Positions 28,321 to 43,056 of a stretch of DNA of 64,000 bases are shown one piece after another. The position numbers and the translations under genes were made by a program. The notes below the pieces were generated by a model that searched no databases, had not been told where the DNA came from, and worked only from the letters and a program-made list of their open reading frames with translations. The stretch lies in the NCBI GenBank assembly GCA_964016885.1, contig OZ024746.1:69936001-70000000 (forward strand), written 5' to 3'. The DNA comes from Eledone cirrhosa. Lineage: Eukaryota. How positions within the stretch are numbered: the first letter of the stretch is position 1; each line of letters opens with the position of its first letter.

Positions 28321-30017
28321 TATATATGTACGACGAGTGTTGTACGACGAGATATGTACGACGAGCAGGTTGCTCCGTTCGTCATGACGAACGGAGCAAC
28401 CTGCTTGAAGGTGTATAGATCCTACAAGAAATATTTACTAAACTACTACACTATCTCCACAGAATGTTTAATTAACGAAACTATTCTATATTTTTAACAT
28501 GTTTCTCCTGGAGTTTTTCTTGTCTCTTTTTTTTTCTGACTTTTCTTTTTGTCCGTTTTGCAAACCAAAATCACAACTTAGTTTCTTTTATAGATTTCTT
28601 TCTTTTGTAAATCATATTCTGACAACCTTCCTCTATAATTTTATGTAATAACCTTTGCTAAGTTATATTCCAAACAGCAGCTTATTAACGAGAAAATACA
28701 ACTCAACTCAGTATCGCTACATTAGTGATGCGAGTGGGCCCTGATGGAGACGGGAGCGTTTTCTTGTATTCTTTATTATCATTTTATTCTCCTTAACATT
28801 TGAATTTTAACCATTTGTCATTTTTAAAATTTATATTTAGTTACTTTTTTAAACAGCTATTCTTTTATATTATTTTTGTTTACGTACCTACCATTATGTA
28901 CTTAATTATGCCCCCACCCACGCCCTCTCCTCCCATTCTCCCCCCTCCCCCTCCTATCCTCCTCTTCTCTCTACAATACATATAAGTTAAGCTATCTACA
29001 TAATTTATACCTAGACATTGCTTGTTGTTGTTGCTGTTGTTTGTATGTGCTGGTGTTCATGCAAGTATTTGTTTTTTTTTTGTATCTTCGTCTTCTCTTC
29101 TTCCACGTTGATAAAAGTACCAATGAAGTACTGGGTTAATATAATTGACCTTCATCTGACCTGTTGGCTTTGTGCCTAAATTAGAAACCCTTATTAACAC
29201 TGGAACATCTGTGGGGGTCCCTACTACATGTAGAACTAGCAGCTAAATATCCCACAAATCACACTCCATCATCTTAGAAATGACTTTGAAAGATATGGTC
29301 TGGGGTTGTTGTTGTTGTTATTGCTGCTGTTGTTGTTGTTGTTGTTGTTATTGTTGTTGTTGTTGTTGTTGTTGTTCTTCTTCTTCTTCTTCTTCTTCTT
29401 CTTCTTCTTCTTCTTCTTCTTCTTCTTCTTCTTCTTCTTCTTCTTCTTCTTCTTCTTCTTCTTCTTCTTCTTCTTCTTCTTCTTCTCCGCATCCCACACC
29501 ACCACATTTACTTACACGTAGAATTGTTTCCTGTGACCACACATCCTTCTACTGTGAATTAAGCACCCACATCTCTCCTACTACATATTTCATTCAATTG
29601 TTTTTTCTATAGTTCTCTATACAACTAATTCCATTCTTTCTTACTTTCTCAGTATATCTAATTACAGACCTCTCTGACTCTTCCATGAAGCACATCCTTA
29701 ACTTCTACAACTGACACACTCCTTCTTATTTTCCATATATTTATTAATTCCTGTTTATATATTCATACATTTGTATATATTTTATATATTTCATTTCAAT
29801 TTTAATATTTTATTTATGTTCTACATATATAAAATTCACGTAAAATGACAGCCTAGTCTATCCTTTGCTATAAATTCCATCGTTTTAACCAAATACTCCA
29901 AGAATTTGAAAATGGTCGTATAGAGAGAAACATGGCTATCTGAAATGAATTATATGTATATGTATATATGTATATATATATATATACATATATACATATA
30001 CATATAATTCATTTCAG

Positions 30018-30135
<118 letters not shown>

Positions 30136-30220
30136 GTAAACGGAAATAGCAACACAATCGGTACAGTATATGGAAGGAATATATTAGGTTAACGCTTCAA
30201 ATAGCAGACAGAGGGTCTTA

Positions 30221-30809
<589 letters not shown>

Positions 30810-30926
30810 ATGTATATATATATATTATAATTAGTATTTTTCAATCTAGCTAACTTTAGTCGTTTACAATACAAACACGGATATGTTGGTATTTGTGTTT
30901 ATCAAATATATTAATTTATATTAACT

Positions 30927-30990
<64 letters not shown>

Positions 30991-31004
30991 TGTGTATATA
31001 ATAT

Positions 31005-31300
31005 ATTATTAGATCAACAATGCATTAACTGAATACAGATGTTTCACTAGGAGGATCTCAAAGAGCCTGTTAGTTCATTAGTACAGCCACATTGAAATGG
31101 ATTCTGGTATTGGTTTAGTTCATCTTTTATAAAAGAGTTAATAACTATTGACCCTTTCTTTCGAACTCTTTTATAAAAGAAGAACTAAACCAATACCATA
31201 GTTCATTTCAATCTTGCTGTACTGATGAACTAAGAGGTTCCTTTAGATCTTCCTAGTGAAACGTCTGTATTCAGATAATGTATTGCTGATCTAATAAATT
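31005..31300. repeat. Diverged inverted repeat with type I hammerhead (CTGATGA 31222, GAAA 31258, GTC 31263)
   Basis: Arms ~31005-31139 and ~31164-31297 with many mismatches. Stem II acta/tagt; palindromic stem III ACGT. Confidence 0.75.
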
Positions 31301-31387
31301 ATTTGATATAACACAACTCGTCACCCGGATTAAGTGCTCGACCTACATGGATATTAATTAGGAAATTAAACTACACTAGACATACAC

Positions 31388-31463
<76 letters not shown>

Positions 31464-31530
31464 TGTAAGTGAAGGAGAAAAAGAGGGGACAACAGAGAAA
31501 GAAATAAAGAGAGAGAAAGAGAGAGGGAGA

Positions 31531-31618
<88 letters not shown>

Positions 31619-31659
31619 ATTAGTGTCAGTGAAAATTCGAAGTAGACTATCATTATTAT

Positions 31660-31838
31660 TTGGCAGTATCGGTAGAGGGTCGGACGCCATGCTTTCCAGC
31701 ATAGTTACGTCCCTTTGCGGTCTGAGTTCAAATCCCGCCGAGGTTGACTTTGCCTTTCATCCTTACGGGGTCGATAAAATAAAGTACCCGTAATGTACTG
31801 GGTAATTGCTGGCCTTGTTTTAAAAGTAGAAACAATTA
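31660..31838 (+). mobile_element. tRNA-derived SINE, Nin-like core
   Basis: Same family as 2662; B-box gagttcaaatcc. Confidence 0.8.
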
Positions 31839-31971
31839 TTAATAAGAGATGATACAAGTTCTATTGAGACTTTCGTACTGAGCATGTTCAGTGTATTTAA
31901 TGACACAAACCTATTAAACAAGTGTGTTAAACACACACTCACACACATATATACACATATATATATAGATG

Positions 31972-32566
<595 letters not shown>

Positions 32567-32674
32567 AATTAGTATATCTACCAACATATATATACAGATG
32601 TATACCTATGCAAGCAAATATATAGGTTTTGTCTTAGTAACTTTGTGGTTCAATGCAAGGGGATGCAGAACAAT

Positions 32675-33160
<486 letters not shown>

Positions 33161-33284
33161 TCCAGCTGGTTGTACTAATGAAACGTGCTGCAATATGGTA
33201 GCCCAGATTACACTTAATTTGTTTTGGCTTTCTCTCGACAATTATACAACAGTACCGATGATACGAACCGACGAATATTCGGGT

Positions 33285-33425
33285 GGTATCCCGTCTATTC
33301 TGCCGCTAGCCCGTCTATTATGCCGGTATCCCGTGTATTCTACCGCTAGCCCGTCTATTATGCCGGTATCCCGTCTATTCTGCCGCTAGCCCGTCTATTA
33401 TGCCGGTATCCCGTATATTCTACCA
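33285..33425 (+). repeat. 40-bp tandem repeat x3.5 (dimer of 20-mers)
   Basis: ggtatcccgtctattctgccgctagcccgtctattatgcc at 33285, 33325, 33365 and 33405. Confidence 0.9.
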
Positions 33426-33478
33426 CCAGTGAATCTCCAATCAAGTAAATAGATGCAATGAGGGTACGTGTGTCCGTG

Positions 33479-33529
<51 letters not shown>

Positions 33530-33534
33530 CACAC

Positions 33535-33810
33535 ACAGAAACAAAATGGCGTAGGATAGAAGAAAGGAAAGGCACAGAAACGAAGAAAGGAATCCCCAGT
33601 CACTGAAGAGGTCACAGAGTGTGTGACGAAAGGACTATGACTATATATATAAACAACTATCTGGTTGTGGAACCAACCAACCAACCAGAAATTTATAAGT
33701 TTGTAGATTTGTAAATTTGTAAATTTATAAATTTATAAATATATAATAAATTGAAGTGAAAGCAACTGGTGCGTGTGTTTCTTATTGGCAACATGACCCT
33801 CCCAAAGTAT

Positions 33811-33816
<6 letters not shown>
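33535..33816 (+). mobile_element. PLE pseudo-LTR-like cassette with canonical type I hammerhead (33598-33642)
   Basis: agtca-CTGAAGA-ggtcacagagtgtgtgac-GAAA-ggacTA-tgact. Ends atgaccctcccaaagtataacaat(AT)n. Second copy at 37480-37726. Confidence 0.85.
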
Positions 33817-33848
<32 letters not shown>

Positions 33849-34424
33849 CAGATCGCAAAGGAACCAAACTCCTACTGTCATTACCTCTGCTGTCTTTCAC
33901 GTTCTCCCCATCTTTCACTATTATGAGCAATTAGGGTACAACGCGCTGGTCACCCAGCGCCCCCGGCGGGCAGAATAGAGAAATATATATACAGTAATCA
34001 CTTATTTTATATATACAGTAATCACTTATTTTTCTTTCCCCTTTACTAATGTGTTCTGTCGTTCCTTGAACCCTTGCTTATGCAATAACATAATGGGACT
34101 ATGCGGCCCATCTAATCTATCCATGTTTTCCTTATGAAATTATGTGAAATGCTTATATCATATACATAATTAATTAAGTGATTAATTAATTCATTAAAGA
34201 CTTCAGTTATCTCTTCTGTATCGAATATATACATGGTGACCTAAAAAAATGTATACATACTTTGATTACCCGTACAGGCAATATTTATTAGAATGCTGTT
34301 GAAGTGTGTATACATTTTTGGGGATACCTTGTATATATATATATATATAGATACACACATACACACACATACACAGACACAGACACACATACACACACAC
34401 ATATATATTTATATATATATTACT

Positions 34425-34720
34425 AAAAAGTGTCTCTCCGAGGCACAAGCCTGGGTAGGTTATTTGTGTGGAAGACTACAGTTGCCCAAGCATAGTAGCC
34501 GTCTCTCTTCACACAGCCGATGTTGTCTAAAGAGAAAGGCAAAGACTGATACAGCTTGGCACCAGTGACATCGCAACTCATTTCTACAGCTGAGTGAACT
34601 GGAACAACGTGATATAAAGTGTCTTGTTCAAGGACACAACGCATCATCAAATCCGGGAATCGAACTCAGACTCACGATTGTGAATGCAATTCTCTAACCG
34701 CTAAGCCAGGTGCTTTCACC
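34425..34720 (-). mobile_element. tRNA-derived SINE
   Basis: Minus strand cctggcttagcggttagag..gagttcgattcccgg..tgtgtccttgaacaagacactt; related to 42715. Confidence 0.75.
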
Positions 34721-34981
34721 CCCCCCCCCCCACACACACACGCACCCATCCACACGCACCCATCCACACACACACATACACTTAGAGCTACTGTTGTTTT
34801 CCAATTTTCTTCATTTTTTTATGTTTATTATACTTCCCGTTAACCTTCCTTATTTTAAATTAATTTTTTTAATATATATTCACTTACCTCTGTCTAGTTT
34901 TTTGTTTCACAACTGTAAGAAGTAATAGATACTTCTCCTTGTCTGTCATGGTTTAATAGCCTTATACGGACGTTTACATTG

Positions 34982-35053
<72 letters not shown>

Positions 35054-35167
35054 AATCGGAAATGCAACTGGAGTCTTTTTAAGAATATTTATTTATTTCC
35101 TTTACCGGTTTCACACTTTTTATGTTTTTCAAAAGTATAATTGAGATGGAGGGTTTGTACTTTGTCT

Positions 35168-35244
<77 letters not shown>

Positions 35245-35459
35245 CGAAGGAGTTGTGGTAAGGAACCAGATGGACCATAACACACCAGAGTACTCAATAC
35301 TTAGGGTAGTAGATTGGGTAGTAGGAGAAAGTATGACCCTGTCGAAACGGATTGAGCTTTGCCGTCGGGGTCATACTTTCTCCTATTATATATATATATA
35401 CATATATATATATAAGAGAGTATTGAAGTTTTCTTGAAGCATTGTGGAACAATAAGTAA

Positions 35460-36060
35460 ATATCTTTAAGTCGTTTGGAAGCCTCGACAATGCAAATGGG
35501 TAAATCTCCGGGTAACAAAGTCCGGTGGTGGAGAGAGAGATGTAAGTGGGTGTACGTTGAGATGCGTGGTGTGTATAATATGTGTGAGATGTGTAGAATG
35601 AAAGGAAGAGTATAAAGGATAAAAATAAAAATAAAAATAACAACACAAGAGAGAGTTACCTTGGGAGAGATTTAATAGTCCCTATATATTTCGGATTCAC
35701 ATCCATCAACTGGGGGTTTTTTCGGGGTGGGGGAAAAGGTTGTCTGTCGGACAACTCGGAACGCGTCTTTCGCTGTTTGTTGATTTGAATATCCCCACTC
35801 CCGGAAAAAACCCCAGTTGATGGATGTGAATCCGAAATATATAGGGACTGTTAAATCTCTCCCAAGGTAACTCTCTCTTGTGTTGTTATTTTAATTTTTA
35901 TTTTTATCCTTTATACTCTTCCCTTCATTCTACACATCTCACACATATTATACACACCACGCATCTCAACGTACACCCACTTACATCTCTCTCTCCACCA
36001 CCGGACCTTGTTACCCGGAGATTTACCCATCTGTATTGTCGAGGCTTCCAAACGACTTAA

Positions 36061-36064
<4 letters not shown>
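35460..36064. repeat. ~270-bp-arm inverted repeat with hammerhead-like variant core
   Basis: Arms 35460-35733 and 35792-36064; the ORF track gives near-identical peptides on opposite strands. Motif ccc-CAGTTGA-tggatgtgaatcc-GAAA-tataTA-ggg at 35811-35846. Confidence 0.85.
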
Positions 36065-36107
<43 letters not shown>

Positions 36108-36109
36108 TG

Positions 36110-36522
<413 letters not shown>

Positions 36523-37479
36523 TAATGTGGTTGCCTTTTACTCAAGAAAATAAACATTTGGGTGGGTTTTTTTTAGAAGGACTAGTATCGAATTATCGCT
36601 TCAATGCTTTACTCGCTTCTATAATCTTATGAGAAAATCTTGTTTTCTCATCGATCTTTCGCTAAAACAATTCAGGAATCCCAGCCCGGAAACAAGCATC
36701 AAGACGAAATCCCTTTATTGGGTATTATATAGCCTCTCTCCTATGCTACATCGTTGTTAAAAATATTATTGATGAGTTTATTGAGAAAACCAAAATCTCA
36801 AATCTCACATGTGAGATATAAAACTCAAAATATCAGGGAGAAAAAAAAATCAGTTTTCTTCAAGTATTTTTTAATTTATCTCTTTTCATTTTACTAAATC
36901 TCGAACATAACTGATATTTTCAATGATAATTTTGCATCCTTCCATTTATTTTTTAACATTCTCGCTGATACGAGACAATCCAACAAAACTTGAAGAGTTG
37001 TATCATAATGTATTCTATTTTCGTTATACTAAATTTTCTCCCTCCCTGAGCAGCAACACAAAAAATCTTACAATACAGCACCTCCCCCTATCACCTCTAT
37101 TAAATTCTGATATGCGAAATCAATCTGATTATTCGTGCAGTTGAATTATAGTATCGAAAATCGAGCAAGTGAAATAATTTAATGGCTGTCAAGAAACTGA
37201 ATTATTTACATAATGGCGTCTAAAGGGAGTCACCAATAGTCGTGTCAAGAGAATGTCCATCTCTAGGCTTATACTATGAACACTTAACTCCTGATTGTGG
37301 CACAAGGATGCCATCGAGATATACAATGTGTTTTAGACCTGCTTAAACATTGAATATCACGATATCACCTCCTTTTCTCCTCCATGTCCGAACACACCGG
37401 ATTTCTTTCAGAGAGAGGGAGAAAGACAGAGTCAAAGAGAGGGATATATATATATATATATATTTCGTTTCTGAATTTG

Positions 37480-37726
37480 TTTAGCAAGATGGCGTAGGAC
37501 AGAACAAAGGAGAGGCACAAAAACAAAGAAAAGAAAAGAATCCCCAGTCACTGAAGAGGTCACAGAATGTGTGACGAAAGAACTTTGACAATATATGAAC
37601 AATCGTCTGGTTGTGGAACCAACCAACCGGAAATTTATAAATTCCTAAATTTTTAATAAATTGAAGTGAAAGCAACTGGTGCGTGTGTTTCTTATTGGCA
37701 ACATGACCCTCCCAAAGCATAACAAT
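37480..37726 (+). mobile_element. Second copy of the 33535 HHR cassette
   Basis: CTGAAGA 37551, GAAA 37576; same 3' terminus. Confidence 0.85.
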
Positions 37727-37736
37727 ATATATATAT

Positions 37737-40580
37737 ATTGTTATACTTGGGAAGGGTCATATTTGTGTAATAATATTGCCAGAATTAATAACAGAACACA
37801 CTCACTGTTTGGTTGGTTTTCGCTTCTGTGTCTTTTATATCGGTTAATTTAATTTATTCGGTCCTCAATGTTACCATTGACTGACCAACGGTCAAAAATA
37901 CAGATACAATATAGACACAAACACATATATATAGTCTAACAAAGTTCTTTCGTTGCACATCTGCAACATCGTCAGTGGAGCTATTATGTTTCCTCCCGTT
38001 GTATTGTATGCCTACGCCATCTTTATTTAGTCTGTTTATTTATTTATTTTTTTTGTCTTCTCTGCGCATGCGTTTGCGTGTGTGTATAGTGTTTTGTTTG
38101 ATGTGTGTTCGTGTTGGGTGACTGTGTATTGGTTATTGTATTCTATCATAGTTTACTAGTGTGTGTTTATATGTGTTTGTTGTTATTGTGCTTGTGTATG
38201 TATTTATTTATTTATTTATACTTCTCTTAGGTCAGTGTTGTTTGTTTGGCTGTTGTTATTCCATTCATTTTTTCTGTTTAGCCTTGGCCTTCTAAGTTCT
38301 ATTTCGCTGGCCTCTCTGATTTGCCTATCTGCTGGGTCATTTCTATGTTTAGATATTATTCTAATTTCTATGTTGTCTATGTTACCGTCGTGTTGTTGTC
38401 TGGCATGTTCGTATAGTACTGAACCGTTTTTTTGTCCTTTTAGTTCCCCCCAGTGTTGGTCTATCCTTTCACCTATGCTACGAGCTGTCTCGCCTATGTA
38501 TGTTGTTGTCATGTTTCTGCAAGTACCCTCTGTACATCTTATGCTACAGACTACGTTTCTAGTTTTACAGTTTATCCGGAGGTTTACTTTACATATAATA
38601 CATTTCCTATTAGTACAGTGGGTTTTCTTAAAAGGCTAGGTTTTGCTGATTAGGGATTTTATGGTGGTTCCTGGCTTTTAATACCACCTTAATCTTTAAG
38701 TGGGTCTTTCTCAGGGCCTTTCTACACTGGTTAGCTAATTTTCCTCCAGGGGTAGCATCCACAAACATGGCACTCTGGTATCTCTGGTTCTCGTACCATG
38801 AGGTGGCTTTCTCTATCTTATGTCTAGTCCTATCTAAGTTATTCCATGATTTGCTCCTGTATAATTGTCAAATTCCTTTCATGTCCAGTTCTATGAGGGT
38901 TTTATACTTCTCTGTGGCTCCTTCGTATACTCTGATTCTGTCTCTTTGGTTGTAGCCAGAGAACTGCATGCGGTTGATGAAATGTTGGATGTGTCTTTCC
39001 ATTTCTGTTGGGTCGCACATGCAGGACACGTTCTTCATCACTCGTACCAAGTCTGCGATCAGAATATTTAACTTAGCACTACTGGATATTGCTGAGTTTT
39101 TGAGTATCAGGTATTTGGAGGCCATGGGTTTAGCATAGTGTGAGTGGAGAATTTGGGCTCTCTCGTCTATAGTGTTAATCCAGAGTTCTGTGTCTAATAC
39201 AGGTAGTCTATTGTTAGGGTGTTTGGAAGGGTGGTCGATAGTTACAATTATACTCTGGTGTATGGAATTAGCTATCTGCTGGATGCTTTCCATTGTGCTA
39301 CGTTCTAAATCAAATTTGTTAGTACTCTCTAGTGGGGATGTCCTTATTACTATATTGATGTCGTCTACGTAACAAGAGTACATGATGAGGTCTATGGAGC
39401 TCTCATCAAGGAGATCTTTGAGTCTCCTTTCCAACCATACCATAAAAAGGTTGGCAACATCACCAGCTATGCTGACGCCAATGGCTGCTCCCTCATTTTG
39501 GGTGTAGATCTTCTCGTTAAATTTGAATATGTGGCCCTTTAGGGTAGTTTCTATACTAGCCCCTATTGCATGTGCGACCATTTTTCTTACCTGATCATTG
39601 TTTTGGGGGGTCCGTATAGCTTTGGTCCACCCAATCCACCTTCCCATGGGAGTCTTTTTTGCCATTGAGGTTATGGGGGGGGGGGCGTCTACCTCTTATG
39701 GGTCTACTGGGGAAGAAACGTCTAAGGTCATGGCTGTCTAGGTAGTCAGTGTCATATGTAAGTCTAAGTAGGAGGCCCAGTTCGTCTGTGTCGACGTCGC
39801 AGAACTCCACCTCACTCTCAATGATCATCTCCACACATTTTTCCACACCAAAATCAATGTTAATGGATGGGTACAGTGATACCACATCCATACTGCCTAT
39901 TATGCAATTGGATAGGTTCCTGTTTTTGTTGCACTCACTGATTCTGCAAAGAGGTCTTCTGTACTGACACATACATCTGGGGACATCTTGATTATGGGTC
40001 GTATAACCATTGAGAGGAAGTAGGAGATCCTGTAGTTGCTAGCTATATTTGCTCCGCATACAGGTCTTGTTGGTGGTCCTGTTGTCGGGTCGTCAACTGT
40101 CTTGTGGTCTTTGCGGAGCCCATACAAGGGTGGTATGCCATTGTTACACGCCTGGAAGTTGTTGGCAGTGCGTCTGCTTGGCTTTAGGATGTCGGTCCAC
40201 ATCATCATGTGAGCGTTGAGGATTTTCTCTCTCCCATCATGTATTTGCTGTGCAATTTCGCTCGTATTGGTTATGTGGGGTTGCATAGCCTTGATGTAGT
40301 GCGGTATGCTGTCTATTGACATCCTACCAGACTTATCCGTGGGTAGACATACTACCTCACCATCCCTTGTGCGCTGCTTGAGGCTAACCAAGCCTTCCAC
40401 AGGTTTCCTCCCAAGTTGTTGGACCTCTGGTCTGCTCTGTCGCTTAGTATACCGGTCTACTATTTGTCTAATCTTATTTCTAGCTATGGTGAACTGTGCC
40501 TCTGTCTCGTCATCTATTTGTTGTGGTATGCAAACCCTTTTATTAAAGGGTAACCTCGTAGGATAGATATTACCCATCTT
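37737..40580 (-). mobile_element. Penelope-like element (RT, Cys-rich linker, C-terminal GIY-YIG), 5'-truncated, frameshifted, with hammerhead in 3' region
   Basis: PTDKSGR, PPLYGLRKDHK, TRPVC, GSMDVVSLYPSI, QNEGAAIG, YVDDI, LPVLD, HYAKPMAS. Linker CTNRKCIIC..C..NVV..C..C; YIGETARS..R..H, EH, REA, LN. HHR CTGACGA-tgttgcagatgtgcaac-GAAA at 37975-37948 (-). Confidence 0.9.
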
Positions 40581-40719
40581 ATATGTTTTGTCATAATCCG
40601 CAGCTCGACGGACCCTTTAAAATGCTAGTAAAAAATGAACCTAAACATCGAGTGAACCCGGGTGAACCTGCAGTAACTCCAAGTTACATCTCCCTATATA
40701 TATATATATATATATATAT

Positions 40720-41172
40720 AATGATATTAAATAAATGGAAACTATATTTATGAAACCATATTTATTCTATTATATATATTTCAAGGGTACCAAAACTTTG
40801 GTGTGCTCTCATCAGATAAAATACAAAGTTTGTTTTATAAATATTGACATAACCAGGAAGAAATCTTAACGGTTCAAGTTTTTCCTGGATAGACTTGAAC
40901 CGTTAAGATCCAGGAAAAACTTGAACCGCTAAGATCACCTTCCTGGATATGTCAATATTTATAAAACAAACTTTGTATTTTATCTGATGAGAGCGTACCA
41001 AAGTTTTGGTACCCTTGAAATATATATAATAGAATAAATATGGTTTTATAAATATAGTTTCCATTTATTTAATATCATTGAATATTATACTCCAGAAAAC
41101 TTGTTGAGTGCTTCGAATCAGTTATAAACATTTATATTTGTTGAATTACCAACAAATTAAATATCCCTTTTG

Positions 41173-41175
<3 letters not shown>
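40720..41175. repeat. Inverted repeat (arms ~40720-40890, ~40909-41079) of a hammerhead cassette
   Basis: tattttat-CTGATGA(40984)-gagcgtaccaaagttttggtaccctt-GAAA(41017)-tatataTA-atagaata; mirror copy at 40809-40815 (-). Confidence 0.88.
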
Positions 41176-41242
<67 letters not shown>

Positions 41243-41471
41243 AATAGAGGTAGTATCGACCTCAATACTCGACCTGAACGTTATTTATCGTCTTCGAAAG
41301 GGTGAAAGGTGAAGTTGATTCCGCTAGGAATTAAACCCAGGATAGAGAGAGTCGGAACGAATACAGTAAAGCATTCTATCTGACGTCCTCACGGCTGATG
41401 CAATTCACACGTTTAGATACCTTAAAAAAGAAGACTGAGTCGTTACAGATGGAATGCTTTGATCAACGTTG

Positions 41472-41543
<72 letters not shown>

Positions 41544-41550
<7 letters not shown>

Positions 41551-42421
41551 TATAGAGAAAAATACTGCAGGTAGCACATGGTAACATGTAATAAAATACG
41601 TCCCTCATCAGTGATTTGCCGAAGATCATAGATATTTCATTGCATTAAAAATCATATATCTCACTTCGGTGCAATAATAACCAAAATAAGTTATTAGGAC
41701 AATTAAAACGCGTAAAGCGAGTGAGACAGGGGAACAACAGAAAAGATAGCATACCGTGGGAGAGAAACAAGCTTCAAAAATTATTCTGTTAGCGTAAGCT
41801 AGGTGAATATATGAGCGCTAGGGAAAGAATAGTCCAGCACGAACGAATGCCATTGAGCAGAGAGAGAAAAAATAGCGTCCGTGAGTGCAGGATGAAATGA
41901 AGAGAAGAGGGAGAAAAACAGTGAGTGAGTGAAAGTGTGAGGAAGAGTTAACGGACAAGACAGAGGGGAGAAACAGAGAGAATGGGGGAACAGTAAGAGA
42001 GAGAGAAAAAACACAGAATCGCAGTGGTAAATATATGTATTAAAACATAGAGAAAAATACTGCAGGTAGCACATGGTAACATGTAATAAAATACGTCCCT
42101 CATCAGTGATTTGCCGAAGATCATAGATATTTCATTGCATTAAAAATCATATATCTCACTTCGGTGCAATAATAACCAAAATAAGTTATTAGGACAATTA
42201 AAACGCGTAAAGCGAGTGAGACAGGGGAACAACAGAAAAGATAGCATACCGTGGGAGAGAAACAAGCTTCAAAAATTATTCTGTTAGCGTAAGCTAGGTG
42301 AATATATGAGCGCTAGGGAAAGAATAGTCCAGCACGAACGAATGCCATTGAGCAGAGAGAGAAAAAATAGCGTCCGTGAGTGCAGGATGAAATGAAGAGA
42401 AGAGGGAGAAAAACAGTGAGT
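41544..42421 (-). mobile_element. Direct-repeat element (two ~383-bp repeats, period 495 bp), each with rearranged hammerhead-like motif (family 2)
   Basis: 41544-41926 is essentially identical to 42039-42421. Motifs lie at 41600-41700 and 42095-42195. Starts at (TA)n. Confidence 0.85.
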
Positions 42422-42579
42422 ATTTGGCCTTGAAGCTTTAGGTAGCGCTTTTATTCCGTGTATGAACATAAATAAATAATTTATTTCTCTTCCCGATTAA
42501 GCAGTTTTCCTTTTTTCTTTTTCACACCTACTGATATTGCTACACACACACACACACACGCACACGCACGCACACACAC

Positions 42580-42695
<116 letters not shown>

Positions 42696-42714
42696 CTATG
42701 TATATAGATGTGTG

Positions 42715-43052
42715 TGGAGACGCGTGGCTCAAAGGTTAGATCGTTAGGCTCTCAATCGTGAGGTTGTGAGTTCGATTCTCAGACCGGGCGGTGCGTTGTG
42801 TTCTTGAGTAAGACACTTGATTTCACGTTGCTCCAATTCATTCAGCTATAGAAATGACTTGCGACGTCAATGATGTCGAGTTGTGTCAGCCTTTGCCTTT
42901 TGCTTGGACAACATCGGTGGTGTAGAGAAGGGAGACTGGTATGCATGGGCAATGTTTCGTCTTCCACAAAAATACCTTGCCCGGGGTTGTGCTCGGAGGG
43001 GAATTATTCTAGGTGTTATTTGGTAAACAGAAACTGTGCGGAGGTTTGTCAT
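42715..43052 (+). mobile_element. tRNA-derived SINE
   Basis: A-box tggctcaaagg, B-box gagttcgattc, then tgtgttcttgagtaagacactt domain. Confidence 0.8.
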
Positions 43053-43056
43053 ATAT

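Noticed and set aside
41611-41638. Ordinary type II hammerhead fold (GAAA-tatc-UA-tgat..atca-CUGAUGA) for family 2
   Set aside because: The equivalent pairing fails in family 1 (cgac versus gcca) and stem II would not form. The upstream UA fold pairs in both families, so it is preferred, though not experimentally excluded.
42715-42790. tRNA genes at SINE heads (also 46580-46650, 34650-34720)
   Set aside because: A/B boxes are present but there is no intact cloverleaf, and each continues into a SINE body.
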